DNA of 64,000 bases from Takakia lepidozioides (GCA_030704615.1 CM060734.1:53630001-53694000), one strand, 5' to 3'; shown: positions 28,810 through 45,641, numbered from the stretch's first letter. The notes: generated from the sequence alone by a model not told the origin. A program made the numbers and translations.

Positions 28810-31800
28810 TTATGTGGGTCTCAAAAGAGCCTTGAACACTTCAAGCTTCTCTACTGAGGCCAGCGCTTCCTCCGCATCTTTGAGCTCAAAAACCTTGCTC
28901 ACCACCAGATGCCAGGGCAAGTTTTCACACTTTGCCATGAACTGCACACCCCGATAGAAATGGCTGAAATCAGAGCCCCAGCAGCCCTTGATTGTGAGGT
29001 GTTTCCTGTTGATCAGATGGTGGGGGTTTATCGAGACATCCCCATTGTCTGTGTATTGCCCCACAACTATGTAAGTTCCCCCTTCCCGACAAAGCTCCAT
29101 GCCTTCTGATACTGCTTCAGGTCGTCCTGTGGCCTCTATCACCACATCTGCCAATCGGCCCTCCATCAAATGCCGTGCGCGTTCTCGTCTGTCAACAGGA
29201 GATTTGAACTGCAGCCCATCCATGGACATTTGTGAACAGGACAACACATTGTCAAACAAGCGCTTGGAGTACAGATCACACCACGTTGTCCTGGATTTGA
29301 GGTGGCTAGAATGGGGCAACCAAATTTCTTAGGGACTACTAAACACATTGCTTCGCAAAAGCATACAACTGATGCAACAGAACATAGTTACTGCAACCCT
29401 TGCTAATGCTGCCTTTTTGCACTGGCCTTCGCGTCCATGTGCACCAAATACTCATCTTAGATTAGGTCCAGTGTTCATGGACATGAAATACAGGTCTGGA
29501 CAGGAACTGTCCCTTCCAAGGATTCCTGCATTGGAGCGACACAGACCTTCTTAACAGCTTTCACTCAGTCAAAACAGGAAAAATGATAAACGTCACCTCC
29601 TCAAGGTTGATTGTGGCATCGATGTGAAACTTTTGCACTACTTCAAGGCGATGTGCAGGAGCCCCCACAACTATAACCTGTCCATTTCACAACCTATTAA
29701 AAAGAAACTATAGACAAGTAGCAACAGAGATACATTCGAACAGGAGTTAGTAAGACAACTTCTTCATTGGGCTGAACGCAGCAAAGCCTTGTTGTCTGAA
29801 ATGTAAAAAATTGTGCTGTCCTCAAAATAAGTCTTCCATACAAACCTCATGATTGCGTTGACCCCAGTTTGACAATAGTTTTTACTGTTATTTTCATGGG
29901 TTCGCCAGTGCACTGACAGAATTGAAATACAAGAGAAGGTTAGCAGAAGAATACAATTGCCCGACATGAAGCATCTATCATGTGTCACCTTTTAAACCCC
30001 ACTGACATACACATCCTGTCAATGGTAAGAAAATAACTAGTACAAGAAGGAAAATGTTGAGCCAAGACCTGAAGAGCTCCACTGAATCGAGCCAGTAGAG
30101 CTGCCAAGAGCCCAACAGGTCCAGACCCCTGGATAACAACGCGGTCCATGAGATGGATGTTGGCACGGTCCACAGCATGCAACGCAGTTGGTAACCTGTC
30201 GCAACCCCATTCAAGCTTTAGCCTTCTTCATCCATGCCATGCCTCAGTGCACCAGTGTGTTTCTGGGCTTGGTGAACAAACACTTATGAAAACATCATGA
30301 GTAGAGGATGATCCATAGCAAAGCAGGAGTGTGCTTTCACCTGTCCCTTTCAGCTATCCTACTGATGGAAGAACTAATGACCCTCATATGATACATATTT
30401 ACTGAATGGGGCAGAGCAAAACCCCAGGCTTCAAAACACAAAATACAGAAGTCAGTCACACAATTGCAAACTAGCCTATCATGGGGTATCAGGTTTGTAA
30501 AGACGGGTGGAGAAAGAGCATGAAAAATCACCCGCATCCTCCTGCCATGAATGTAGTAGGAGATAGAGTTGCAGGTAAGCGAATAATTTTCGTCTTTGGT
30601 GGAAGATATATGAATGATGACCAACCACCCAACAAACCTTGGATACTGGAGGGATTGGCTGAACATGTAATGCCAAGCACCCTCCGTCGTGGGCATCGTG
30701 TTGACTGCTTGTCCACCTGTTGAACCCCTCTTCATATTAAATGTACGTTATGGGGAACCATGCTACACCTAGGGTTTAGTTTAATGGCAAAGTCAATCCT
30801 CTGACTTCTGAGAGAAAAAACTTCATTAGAAGTGTAAGCCTAAAGCCTTGAGATTATGAAAGTTGGTGAACAGAGGTGCAGGGACTATGTTATTGATGGT
30901 CCTGAAGAGGGTCACTCTCTGATGAGACTACCGTGGACATTGTATCAGAAAATGGATATAGTCTTCAGGCTGCCCGCATATTGTGCATTGAAAATCTCCC
31001 TTTCCTCTCTGCATCTGTTTTTTGTTCAAAGGTAGACTCCCCACGCTGAGTTTAAATTTCAGTCTAGTGCCAAGGATAGGTAGGCCCTTCCGATCATCCT
31101 TAAGGTCCTCACCCATGTCACAAACTTGTAAGAAGTTAGGGGAGTTTTGTGCCTAACTTCATTTTGTTTGGACATTCTTTGTGCTTCCAACATGGCCTTG
31201 GATACTTCAGCCTCCAAGTCAGCTTCATCTAGCAGGCAGGTTCAGTTCTTCCTACCTAATATTTAGGCACTTTCCTACCTTTTTCCACCAGGACAGTGTT
31301 GCTTCCAAGGATTAGAGTCAATCATGTTGGGGTATCTGGTATTGATTCAACTGACCCCACCATCTGACCTTGAACTCATCACGTCAAGAGCTTGATCCAC
31401 CAGACTCGCCACGTTAGCTATTCTAGTGCACACAGACCAAGAGAGTGAAAAATGAAGTGAAATGAATGAAATGGAAGTGCTGAAAAGTGAGAGAAAGTGA
31501 GAGTGAGCGGGGTGTACCAAGCACGTAATACAAGAATTGCAAGTATCAACCACATCCAAAAATGTCACGACATCGCCTCTTGCTACCTGCATCACCCCAC
31601 AATTGGTTCCCTGATTGCTTGATGTTCCCAGCCATCCTTACTTCAATACATCTCTAGTTCCTCTCCCCATGCAACGCCAGCACTGTCATTTCATGTCCAT
31701 TTCTACTAGTAAAATCTCTCTCCCCATTTGCCCCTTTGCACCTTCTGTATTCTTTTCTCTCCCTGTGTCTCAACTGCTCAGCAGCTTTTCTGTAGGAGGC

Positions 31801-32605
31801 AATCCGTCTCCGTGTGATAATGTTTTGGTTTTGGCTTGTAGCCATATTATGTCCCATCAACTGCAACTTTACAGAGGGACTTTCACGGTCATCAGGGACA
31901 ATTGTATAATCCTGTCCCCTACCTTTCTGGGAAGCTATTGTCATGTCTCAAGAGGGCCCTGGGCACATTCAGAGTCAGTTCTCGCACCTGTGAATTGAGA
32001 CGGACTCTGGAGTAACACCAAATGAGACTAGCATGTCTTATATTTACCCCCAAGAAGTAGAGACAGAGTACCTTCCTCTCCTGTTCTACTTCAAGATACT
32101 CTCATGAGGGACACCCAATATTCTCCCATGGGTCATGGGGGGCCCCTGTGGACTTGTAAAGTTTCTTTCTGTCTCTCATTAATTCTCCTTATTTCTTCTC
32201 TCTGTGAAGTTTACTTTCTGTCTCATTAAGCTTATTTCTTCTCTCTCTGTGTGGCATCTCAATTGAACTAGCATTTCACTCGATGTCTCCCTTGGACCTG
32301 CAAAGTATTGAGGAATCAAAACTAACCTCAATCCCATCAACATCGAGCACCAAGCCGACGGTCACATGCACTTGGCCCACAGCAACGTGGCCTGGAATGA
32401 TTGGGTACGGCACCGTGTCAAGGCGCCCATGCTGCAGATGGACGTCTGTGCCACACACCTCTCCCAGTAGTGTGCGCAGCAGAACAGAACCATCCTCCAT
32501 ATCAGCAAGCGTCAGTCTTGTACAATGAACATTGAGCGCTCCATCGGATTCGAGCACGACGCAGGTATTGGTAATGTATCCATCCAGACCTTCCTGGCAT
32601 AACAT
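28810..32605 (-). CDS. Zn-dependent medium-chain dehydrogenase/reductase, bacterial TM0436-like/5-exo-hydroxycamphor dehydrogenase-like subfamily; at least 6 exons; start uncertain
   Basis: Exons read GEVCGTDVHLQHGRLDTVPYPIIPGHVAVGQV | GDVVTFLDVVDTCNSCITCL | VDKQSTRCPRRRVLGIT...LLGGWSSFIYLP...GGCG | LPTALHAVDRA...VVIQGSGPVGL | VIVVGAPAHRL | ADVVIEATGRPEAVSEGMELCREGGTYIVVGQYTDNG...KHLTIKGCWGSDFSHFYRG. Confidence 0.85.
30800..31330 (-). mobile_element. LINE ORF2 C-terminal remnant (zinc-knuckle) inside an intron of the MDR gene
   Basis: ORF 30928-31116 reads LKFKLSVGSLPL...CTICGQPEDYIHFLIQCP, the CxxC..E...HFL..C motif of non-LTR ORF2 C-termini. Boundaries approximate. Confidence 0.6.
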
Positions 32606-32899
32606 AGACAAGAGTGACGTGTTTTGATAGATATATGCGAAATCGGTCCCCCTAAACGGATGCTACACAAAATCAAGCAGAGGAAGTAAAATGAAGCGGG
32701 TGGAGTAGAGTTTGCACGACAGATTTCATTCACACAAATTCACTACCAATGGCAGCTCACAATTTTGAAGAAGAATTGTTCTCCTTTCTCCCGTTAAGAT
32801 TGCAACACACCAGCTCGTGGTCGATATCAAAGGAAATTGTCTCTTGCGAGCGACTGGTGGATCGCTATCCAGAGGAAGACGTCTTACTTTTTATTATTA

Positions 32900-33175
32900 T
32901 TATTCCAAAGTTGGCATCCGATCTTCTGGAGAAATTTTTTCATACTCATACGCCACGTGCTTCTCCATAAGATCAACTTTGCCAATGAGGTGAGCTTCAC
33001 ATGCATTACAGGGGTTGCTCTTGTTGTTTCGATTGTCTAAGCGAGTGGAGAATTTCCATACCTCTGCCTTGGGCCTGCCTCCAGGAGCTTTGGCAGATGA
33101 CTGAGAGCTGGCTGCTGTCTCCTCGGAATCTTCCACAATTATGCAGTCCTCCTCCTTTTTGGGTGGTGCAGCCAT
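32900..33175 (-). pseudogene. Degenerate BED zinc-finger fragment (hAT transposase N-terminus-like)
   Basis: GGRPKAEVWKFSTR...CNACEAHLIGKVDLMEKHVA fits the BED pattern W.(H/F)F...CxxC...H; the last ligand is missing. Confidence 0.55.
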
Positions 33176-33615
33176 CTCACCTCAGCCTCACCCTCTTCCC
33201 CACAAACAAGATATCTAGCCTGCCTCCTCAGGACTGCATACTTCTTTTGCCTTGCAGATTTTTATCATTGTCTCTCTTCTTCCCCTCCAGGATTTAAAAC
33301 TCCCCAACCCACTTCACAGTGTCTTGTAGTGCAGTATGACGGTATCCCCAAGAGAAATTCCCGGCTGGAATGTAGGTAATAATCTGAGATCATTACGTAA
33401 TGTGGGTAGTTATCTTTGCATACATACCGTATTTGGATCTCGTGGTCGACCACCAATGCTGATTAGCACCTAGTACGCCACATCCATCAGGGTGGAGAGA
33501 AAAGCTCCATTCATCCCCATGGTGGAGGCAATGCACAAGCGAGATAGAGCTGTCTAGTAGACTGCGTTAGCAATTCCGCCCGCTCTGATCCTCTTAGTCT
33601 GTTGGGTCCTGGACA

Positions 33616-36600
33616 ATGTTGTTGTTACGGCCGCACCCAACTGCTGCCAGTCTGAGTGTGGTTGTCAGAAGCCCCTTCCTGGGCAAATTGGCTTGTCACA
33701 TTTGCAGAATACCAAGGGCTGCTCTATTACGGAAAGTAAGGAGGAACTGTTCCAAAGGAGGCATGGACCCTCTCAAATTGGAGGGAGTGTCGCCGAGGTC
33801 ACAAAAGGCTCCGGTATTGCTGATTGATATAATGGACACACTGGTTCGGGATCCTTTCTACGATGACATCCCCGCTTTTTTTGGGTATGTCCTCCTCTTC
33901 TTACGGATAGCTGGGATGAAAGCATGTAGGCAAGCAAGGCATGGGTAGTCTTTGACTGCCCGCCTTCCGGCATCAGTTGCTTGGGAAGGCTGAACATGAT
34001 AAGGAAGGAAAGACTGCGGGGTTGGTGAATCTTTGTTTCCCCTTCAAACTCTTTAAGGTATTGCCCTCAGCAGGCCTATACACTCTAGAATGCCTTAGTC
34101 TTGTGAAGTAGCCTCGGCCCTCTACGGTATTATAATTGTCCTCGGGTTGAGTTTGCTACCGACCTACCTTATTGATGGATGTGCACACCAACTTTGGACA
34201 ATCTTCTTGCCACTTGAGAGAGAATGCAGTGGTAGATCGTGTTGGATTTTGTCTCGCTACCATAGCTTTTCAGGAGGGAGCGGTAGACTGACGATTGTAG
34301 GATTGGTGTGCAGGCTGACAATGCCTGAATTGCTGGCAGAAAAGCATCCGACTGCCTGGATAGAGTTCGAGATGGGACTGCTGACGGAGGTACTGTTGTT
34401 CCTCTTGAGGCAACTTTCCTTGTGCCTATCATTGAGTAGTAATCTTCCAGCACCCTACCAGTAATACTAGTCTGATGCTCTCCAAGTATTTTACAAATCT
34501 TACTAGGCTTTGCTGAAACCTCAAAGCTTCTATGCAGACTGGAAGCCTTCTTCTAAACTTTCTTGGGACTGGTTTGTATGGTAAGCGGAGATTCATACTG
34601 CTCATCTGCAGTTGGACAGAGGCAACCAGTCTAACAGTATTTGTGATCCATACTTTTGTGCTTCACTGACACACAACTAGTGGAGAAGAAGCCACAATAA
34701 TGAATAATGCTTTTCTTCAGGAGTGGATTCAAGTCTGACCAATAATACCTTGCACAGCTTACGATGTGTAATCAGGTTGCTATTCTTGTCGGATGTCTGT
34801 AAGAGCTTTCCATCACTGAGGGTGCACAGGTGTGAGACACAATAGAACTGGAACAAGAAAACCATATTCAGGCTACGCATCATGGTTCAAAATCATTGAA
34901 GAGAAATCCCATTTTACCAAAAGAAGCACGGATGGTTCTTTCATTCACATTCTAACACATAACAATTTCACTCTTACATCAGGGGAGATTTCCTCTCATT
35001 TTTCTGCATGAAATCACTTAAAATGTCGCAAACCCATGGTATAACCACATCTTAAGTCTCTGTTACGAACTAGTTTGGGTTGTTTCTGAATTTGCTTACC
35101 ATCGTATGCCTGCAGGAGGAGTTATTGAAGAGATTTTTTCGTGATGGCCGGGTCTTCGACTACAGGGGTCTGTAGTTCTTTTCCAATGTTGCACTGGAAA
35201 CATTGATAGAGGTAAAGAGTGATGCAGATGAGCAGTGTGAATCTGCATGCTCCTCCTAATTGTAGGACGGTAATATGCTTAGCATTTTATCTCTGGTGGC
35301 TTATATTCCACAGTTAGAGCAATTCCGACTGGAACCTCTGCTCAGTGGTCATGCTAGAGGTAGCCATGTAAATGGAAGGAGACGAAAGATCGTTGAAGGT
35401 AAGAGGTGGGTTGCAGGATTGAAGGAGTGCATGACCCGTGGCTATTGCTATCTTGAAGGAGTGGAGCAGCTCTTGGAGCGCTTGCAGGCTGCTGGCTATA
35501 GCATGCATGCATTCAGCAACTATCCTTGCTGGTATTCTTCCTACTCCGTAGCACAGGAAAATAGGGAGAAATTTTGTGAAGGGGTTGGTGCTGGGCCCAG
35601 AGATACAGATAGAAGAGAGAATGAGGAGAGGGCAGGGACGGAGAGAGTTTCTATCTCTTGATGCGAGTCATAGGCATATGTTCTTTGCAGCAAAATGCTG
35701 CCTGCTTTTGCAGACAATACTGGACGGAACATACCTCTTGTTGGTGGGAGAGTATATGTCTGAAGTCCAGTAAGGGATCATGGAGGATGTAATATGGTTG
35801 TAGCAGGTTCATAATGTTAGTTTCTAAAGCTCTCGCCATAACTATATTCCAGCTTTTGAATTGAGCTGGGGATGTATGGCTGTAGGTACAGCATGATAGA
35901 GGAGAAACTCCAGCTTTCGCGGTATCTGCCTTGGACATTTGTATCTTGTCACACTGGTACTGATCCTTGCCTCACATGAGTCTTAAATCTCAGCCATATC
36001 TTTCCACACATGGGTTATAATGGGTTTCACCGACTGCAGAAATGCACTGGCTCCATCATGTGCAACGGTTGCAGAGACTGGGATAAAGAAGTGTATGCCG
36101 TGTCAATAAAAATTCAGTTTGTGTGGTAAAACTTCTTGAAAGCTACCTCATGAGGTGAAGAATTGAGTTTGCCATCTCAAACGTCAATTGAAGCTACTGG
36201 AGTTGACACATGGTGGCTCTTCCTTGAGAGTCCTTATTTGGTTCAGGGAGTCATATAAATTTGAGGCAGGTATCTGCCAACACACAAGTCAATCCTGATG
36301 TGTGCAATTTGCGTTGCGTATTCCCCAAATGAATTGTGGGGTCCCTCAAAGCAGTGTGTCCGTAATTAGAGGCGCCCATGCTTGGGTAGCTTAGCATGGC
36401 TTCCTATCTCTGTTTGCATATGCATGTTATCTACCTTTGTTAGGCTCGGAAGCAGAGATAATCTGTGGGGAAAAGTTTGTAGTCCCTTAGTGAATCAGAA
36501 CGTGTGGTGTCTTGGTAAATCACATTCAGGGAAAGGCACTTACATGTTTGCTGGGCAGATGCTTTTCATGCCTTGTCAGCTTGAAGCTAACATCTTTGAA

Positions 36601-37587
36601 ATGAGTGATGATTTGTCCAGGCCTGAGAAAACCTGATGCAAAAGCTTATTTGGAGGCAGCACAGCATCTGAACCTTAATCCATCTAGTTGCATCTTTATT
36701 GATGATCGGTATAAACGCAACTTCTTCTTTCCTATCTCTGCTGGAAATAGTTTTAATGATAAAGATTTCTGTCCCAGACAGGTGAGAAAGAAAAGCTATC
36801 TAGATGTAGTAAGATTGTGGCAAATGTTTAGATTTCTGGACCCTGCAGTAAGTCTCATAGATTATTATATCTACTGAATGTGGATATTTGTCAAAGTTGT
36901 CAACTACCCGAACACCAGGACTTGCCAACTGTTTACTGAACTACAGAACCGGTCATTACATGGTCCAGGGTTCAAAACCACATAGGTGTATGTTGGAGTG
37001 GATCTTGGATGTCACCCATTATGGCCAACCCAGCTATGAAAGGGGGCTAGCTGGGTCAACCGGTTGCTTAATCTGTGGGTATCTGGGGACTTTCAAATCC
37101 TTAGGGCCACCTGCATTGCCCAGTTGCTTCATCTGTGGGTATCTGGGGCCTTTCAAATCCTTAGGACCACCTGCATTGCCCAGTTACGGTTGTTAGAAAT
37201 TGTTCAACTTCCATAGCTTTTCAGGGTGAAATGACAGCATGCATTACTTTTGCTTCGGCAAAAAATTTGCCTACCCTCTTACATAGTTTGTCTGCTGTTA
37301 ACTTTTAGAGAAAGGCATTATCAAGGATATTAGTGGAAGATGTTTTGTAGCTGAAAAAGGGTTATGGCCTTTTCTTTGAAGTTGTATTCTGTTAACACGT
37401 TTTGGGGTACAAGTTAGTGAATGTAAGGTTGGACTTAGGACTTGGACTTCAAGAATAACTTTTGAGGTGGATATGGGGCAGGCCCAAGAATGTGGAAGCA
37501 GCTTCACAGGTAGGTATGGTTGGAATCAGATTTCAGAATGCGAAGAAATTGGAGGTTGATCTGGCTGCAATTGGTATTTGCTTGTAG
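33616..37587 (+). CDS. FHY1: HAD-superfamily hydrolase, chloroplast FMN hydrolase FHY1-like; 7 exons
   Basis: A transit-peptide-like N-terminus, then PVLLIDIMDTLVRDPFYDDIPAFFG | KHPTAWIEFEMG | RFFRDGRVFD | LKECMTRGYCYLEG...HAFSNYPCW | YSMIEEKLQLSRYLPWTFVSCHTG | LRKPD...CIFIDDR | PKNVEAASQVGMVGIRFQNA..., stop TAG at 37585-37587. Confidence 0.88.
37064..37185. repeat. 60-bp tandem duplication in the last FHY1 intron
   Basis: ATCTGTGGGTATCTGGGG(A/C)CTTTCAAATCCTTAGG(G/A)CCACCTGCATTGCCCAGTT occurs twice with a 60-bp period. Confidence 0.85.
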
Positions 37588-38248
37588 TGGGTTGCATTAT
37601 GTTATATAGATTGCATGATGAAGAACATATTGAAGGAGTACTTCATTTCAAGAATTGAGTATAAGTAGTGCATGATGGAATAGTGGCACTTATTCAACTC
37701 TTCTATTACAAATTCATCAATTTTTTTAACTATGACAATTTGGCACAAGTTTGTAACAGTTCATATATAATTAGTACAGCAATTTTGTTGATAAGAAGTG
37801 AATGGATGTTTTTAGATTGGCCCTATTTTAAATTCTTTCTGTACACAAGTAGGTTCCCATCAAAATGATCACTACCTCAGTTGTATGCTTCGGCATCAGA
37901 TGTTGGCAACTCTCTGACCAAAACTATGGGGATACAACATGAGCCAAAGTGCTTGATGTTGCTTGCTGTTTTTCACTTGCATTCTTCTGGTTGAATCATC
38001 TCAACTCTTGCCCCTTTGTTTGATAGCTATGAATCGCTGCACATTTGTGAAAGCATTCAGGGCTCAATGAAGATTTGAAAACATGAGCGTGTGAAAAAAG
38101 TGTTGAAGTCTCAATTGTGAAGAAATGAGGTGGAGTATAACATGACCAAGAATAGTGTCCCATCATTATTGTTCAGGTATGACTAAAACTGCCAAGTAAA
38201 TTCCACATACCTTCCAGAGACAAGTTAAGTATGTGCCTCTTCATGAGT

Positions 38249-40610
38249 TCAGGAGTATGACTTCCCACTATCCTCTGCTCTCTTTTGAACTGCCATGGCT
38301 TCTTTCATTAAGTCTTCCAAGACTGCCTTCACTTGATTTCCCATGATCCGTGATACATAAAAAGCTGCAGACACACCATGTTCAAACTCACAGTGAACAC
38401 TCAAGATACAGTGAAATTGCAATTATGTTGCAAGAAATCAGCTTCAACCTCCACCATTCAGTTCCCTGTTAGAAAGGATAGCCCAGCATCTCCCTGCAAC
38501 CTAAGAGAGTGTACTCATGAGACGTTGTTTGCCTTAGCAACCTAAGAGAGAAGACCCTAAACTTGGTCTACATCCATGGGAAGTTCAGAGGGCCCATGGG
38601 ACAGTAGATTGCAGAAACCAAAGTATAAGCACCCAATGTTGCATGGAGAGCAAGAGCGAGATAGAGAGGGTACGAAAACCCTGCACTTGACACGCCTACA
38701 GCAAATTTTCACAGAATAAGCTTGAGAGTCGTAGCCACCTAGAAGACCAGGAGGTTGAAGCGATGGCAAAATCTGCTGCTTCACTACCACTTTTGAACCC
38801 AAAGGCTGTCCTTCGACTTGCCAGGGTTCTATTCCCCAGTCTCCATTAAACACCTTTAAAAATCCAGGCTGGTCTCTGCCACATTGCCCACCATCGTCAG
38901 ATTAGATTGCAGAAATTCCATACTTTCCTAAGACTCAATTCTGGGTTATTCACTGAGCAAATTCTCTTCTCGACCCAGATTGATAGATATGCTAGATTAA
39001 AGAATCCACCAAACAAACAGAATATCCTGGAAGGCAAGACCCCAAAATAATTAAATTTTCTATCCTTGAAGTAGGAAGTGTACACACTTAGCTACACCAA
39101 AACTCCCCTGTCAAGAGACTTGTAAGACTGCACTGCATCTTACAATGGCAAATAGAGTTAGATAGAGATTTTCGGTCTCAAGTAGTTCTTAGACAGCTGA
39201 CACAACTGAGCTGAAGCATACAGACTTCATATTTTGTATACTCTCACATACTTTGCAGTCAGCCAACAGTAGCCTCCAGTATACAAGTAAAAACATGTAG
39301 TGATCCAATGCCTCTTGGCTTAGAAGGTTATTAGTCTTCAAGATTTTTCAGGTTGCTCATAGCTGTCCCACATTAACATCCCAGTGTATTCACCCTAGTC
39401 CCTTTTATTCCTTCCCCGTAATTCCACAGTCTCCGCTACGCAGCCTACAGTCAACTCAATGGTCGAGGGCCAATCAAATTCGTCTCTCTATCTGAGGATA
39501 GCTAAGTTTCTCTTCTTGTCCAGTTTAGGTACACCTGAGGAAAGACCTGTGATGGCAATGATACTTGATAGAGTTGGTGTGAAGGAAACAGGGAGCCCAC
39601 TTACAATCTGAAAGACACTGCACGTTTGAGGCGGTCTTCTTCCACTCGCATCTTCATGTCAAATGTTCCCGACCAAAACATTAAATTCCAGTGTGCACTT
39701 TGCGTAACCAGCTTCGTATCCTCCCGCTGCTCTATTTTTACACTTGATACCGTCTTGAAAATACGAGCATTGTTTTCGTAGTCGACGAGAATACCATAGG
39801 TCACATCTGGATGTACAGCCATGCTCATATTTCCCCTCACCTCAAATAGATTTTCCTGTAACATTTGTTATACCATTAATCAGTCAGAGAGAGCACGGAG
39901 GAGCCACAATCAATGGAATAGCTTTCAGAGCAGAATTTTGCTAGGAGAGTGAATGGGCATCACAACGCACCTTCTTCTCAACTGAAACTTCTGCAGGTCC
40001 AGAAACCCCTTGCAATTTCGAGGCTTCCTCGTCTGCTCCTCTGCACACGTAATACAAAATATATTGCCTCATGTCAACGTGCAGCTTAGGGTCCGGGCTC
40101 ATTCTTGTGATGAGATGAGACAGAATCCAACTACCGGGTAAGTAAAGTAGTTTTCCCAGCTGGAAATCCAACCTACAGAGGGGGATGCCAGTGAGCAAAA
40201 GGTAGACACGAACAGTAAGTACGAGAAGCGAGGTAGAGCAATCGGTTCTAATCCAAATTTGTCAGATGACAAATTTGAGAAAAACGAAATAGTCGATGGT
40301 AATGGAAAATCCTGACCCCTTGCTTTGAAAAAGCTTGGGTAAATTACATGATCCATGACGGCCCTCTCGAAAGAAAGGCTTTGACGAAGAATTCGGATGG
40401 CAGCAATCGCTGTCAGACTTCCAGGCACACAAACCCGGACCATATCTTGATACGGGTAAAATCCAACAAGCATGTAAGCTCTGTCTGAATGTTAAGAATC
40501 AAGCCGGTTCCATCCTAAGCTCCCCAGCAGCAGAAACCCGGATAAGTTTTTACTTGGAACGCAGCTCCTCAGGCGTTTCCAAATTTTCGTATCTAGATTT
40601 TCTTTCCATG
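38249..40610 (-). CDS. SRPBCC/polyketide cyclase-dehydrase (Coq10/START-like) family protein; 5' exons uncertain
   Basis: Exons read ENLFEVRGNMSMAVHPDVTYGILVDYENNARIFK...QSAHWNLMFWSGTF | PGFLKVFNGDWGIEPW...KVVVKQQILPSLQPP | FYVSRIMGNQVKAVLEDL..., stop at 38249-38251. GT-AG junctions are consistent for the last exons. Confidence 0.75.
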
Positions 40611-41509
40611 ACGACTCTGACGTAAATAGAACTTACCGCTTCTCACTTTCCTCCACGCCCACAAACATCAAATGTATATTTCGAGCTTAAAGCAGCAGGA
40701 ACGAAAAATAAAGACTTCAGCTCCACTGCCACTCCTCCAAATGGGCTCCAAATGGGCTCCAAATACAAGAGGTAAGTGACATCCATCCATGGACGGAGAG
40801 ATTATGCTTCAGCGGGACAAAAATTGAGAAATTCGAAGGCTTCCCGAGAGCAGGAAGAGCGACCTACTTGCATGATCCATTGCGACGGAAGCTCTCAGAT
40901 TTCTCTTCCTGGGTCTGCAGCATGTCGTCAGATTGTGTCGGTCCCTCACGCTTGCGCCTCTGAGCTGCAGCGGAGCGCCTGTTGCTACCAAACGGGTCTG
41001 CAGAAGGCCTCGATCTCACCATCGCTCAAACCTCGCTTCCTCGCACCAACACTTCTTCGCTTAGATACCAGACTATGAGCTGCCTGCCCCTCCTCCCTCT
41101 GCGATTTCTATACTTCCCGCATCACACTTCGCGCGGCGCCCGCGCGGTCGACGCGCGTCCGCCACGCGGGCCGCGGGCGCGCCGCAGGTGCCACGCGGGC
41201 CCGGGCGGGCCGACGTCGAGCAGCTACCCGCGCTCCACGTACGTTTGCCCGTCCTGCGGTCGCCCGCGCTCGGGGCGCGCGGCCGGTCCGGTCTCCTGTC
41301 GACGGACAACCGCATATTTCGTTGACCACTTTCGTCGGTCCTCCTCTGCGCCGGCCTGTAGCAAAGTCATCGTCGGGAAAGGACACCTTTTCATCCAGGA
41401 ACGTCCCGTGCTGCACTTTTCATCCACTTACGGTTGAAAATTGCAGTGGCCGCCGTCTTCCTGAGCACCTTCCACGGCTGGTCCACGCGTGGGGTGCAAG
41501 GAAAGGTGT

Positions 41510-41660
41510 GCCACACAAGCAATATCCCACGTCATCGCACCGCGACGAGAAGGATGAATGAATTCTCGTGATCGTAGATGACACGAGGAGCCACGCAAGC
41601 AATATGCCACGTTATGCCACGTCATCGCACCGCGACGAGAAGGATGAACGACTTCTCGTG
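41510..41660. repeat. ~90-bp direct duplication containing a perfect 32-bp repeat, upstream of NDUFS8
   Basis: CCACGTCATCGCACCGCGACGAGAAGGATGAA at 41527-41558 and 41617-41648. Confidence 0.85.
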
Positions 41661-41783
41661 ACAAGAGGAGCTCGTCGATGCCGACGAATGTGTTGCTGCC
41701 GGCAGGGCGGTGAGCCAGCAGAGGAATTGAGAGAGAGGAATTTGATTCAAGTGTTTTGCAGTTGGAGAGAGAGAGGGAGAGAG

Positions 41784-44985
<3,202 letters not shown>

Positions 44986-45641
44986 CACCCACCTGTCAAT
45001 GAGTTGCACTTGGCTGATTGTAGAAGTCTTACCTTGTACTAGTAACTAGTGAAATACATTGGATCAAAGTCCTGTTGTGCCAGGAAATAAGGATGTCGGT
45101 TTCCCGACATATTTTTTTAATGAAATACAGACTCTTTGAACAGCACCGACACAACTGTCTACAGAAAGGCTGAAGGGAGAAAGGTCTTCCATTGTAAAAA
45201 ATGCGTCATGAATGTCCAAGCATGGGGACAAACAGTTGCATTTCTGGCTGTGGTGAGGGGAGTGGCAGTAAATTCCGCATGGGCCTTGTTAGAGATTCTG
45301 TGATGGAACTGTGTTTTACCAAATCCACTCTGTCAACAAATGCTGCTGGATCCTTCAGCTGTTACTGAGGCTGTATCTCCTGAACCGGGGCTGTACAAAG
45401 CACTGTGCACACAGACCTCCATAACTCACTTCCGCACATCACTCTTGCATACGCTCATGTTTGAGAAAGATACCATCAGAAACAGTGCAAAACCAGTTGG
45501 GAAGATGCTTGCCAGTTATCCAACGTCGCAACGTGGAGAGAATATTCTAGAGATTCCGTATGCTAATAGACAGTTTTCCATGGATTGCAAGGAAGGGGAA
45601 TTGTCTGCAACCATCGCTCGCAGTTTGGAGCAAGTTCGACG

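Noticed and set aside
40982-41437. Arg/Pro/Ala-rich ORFs on both strands
   Set aside because: Explained by extreme GC content lacking stop codons.
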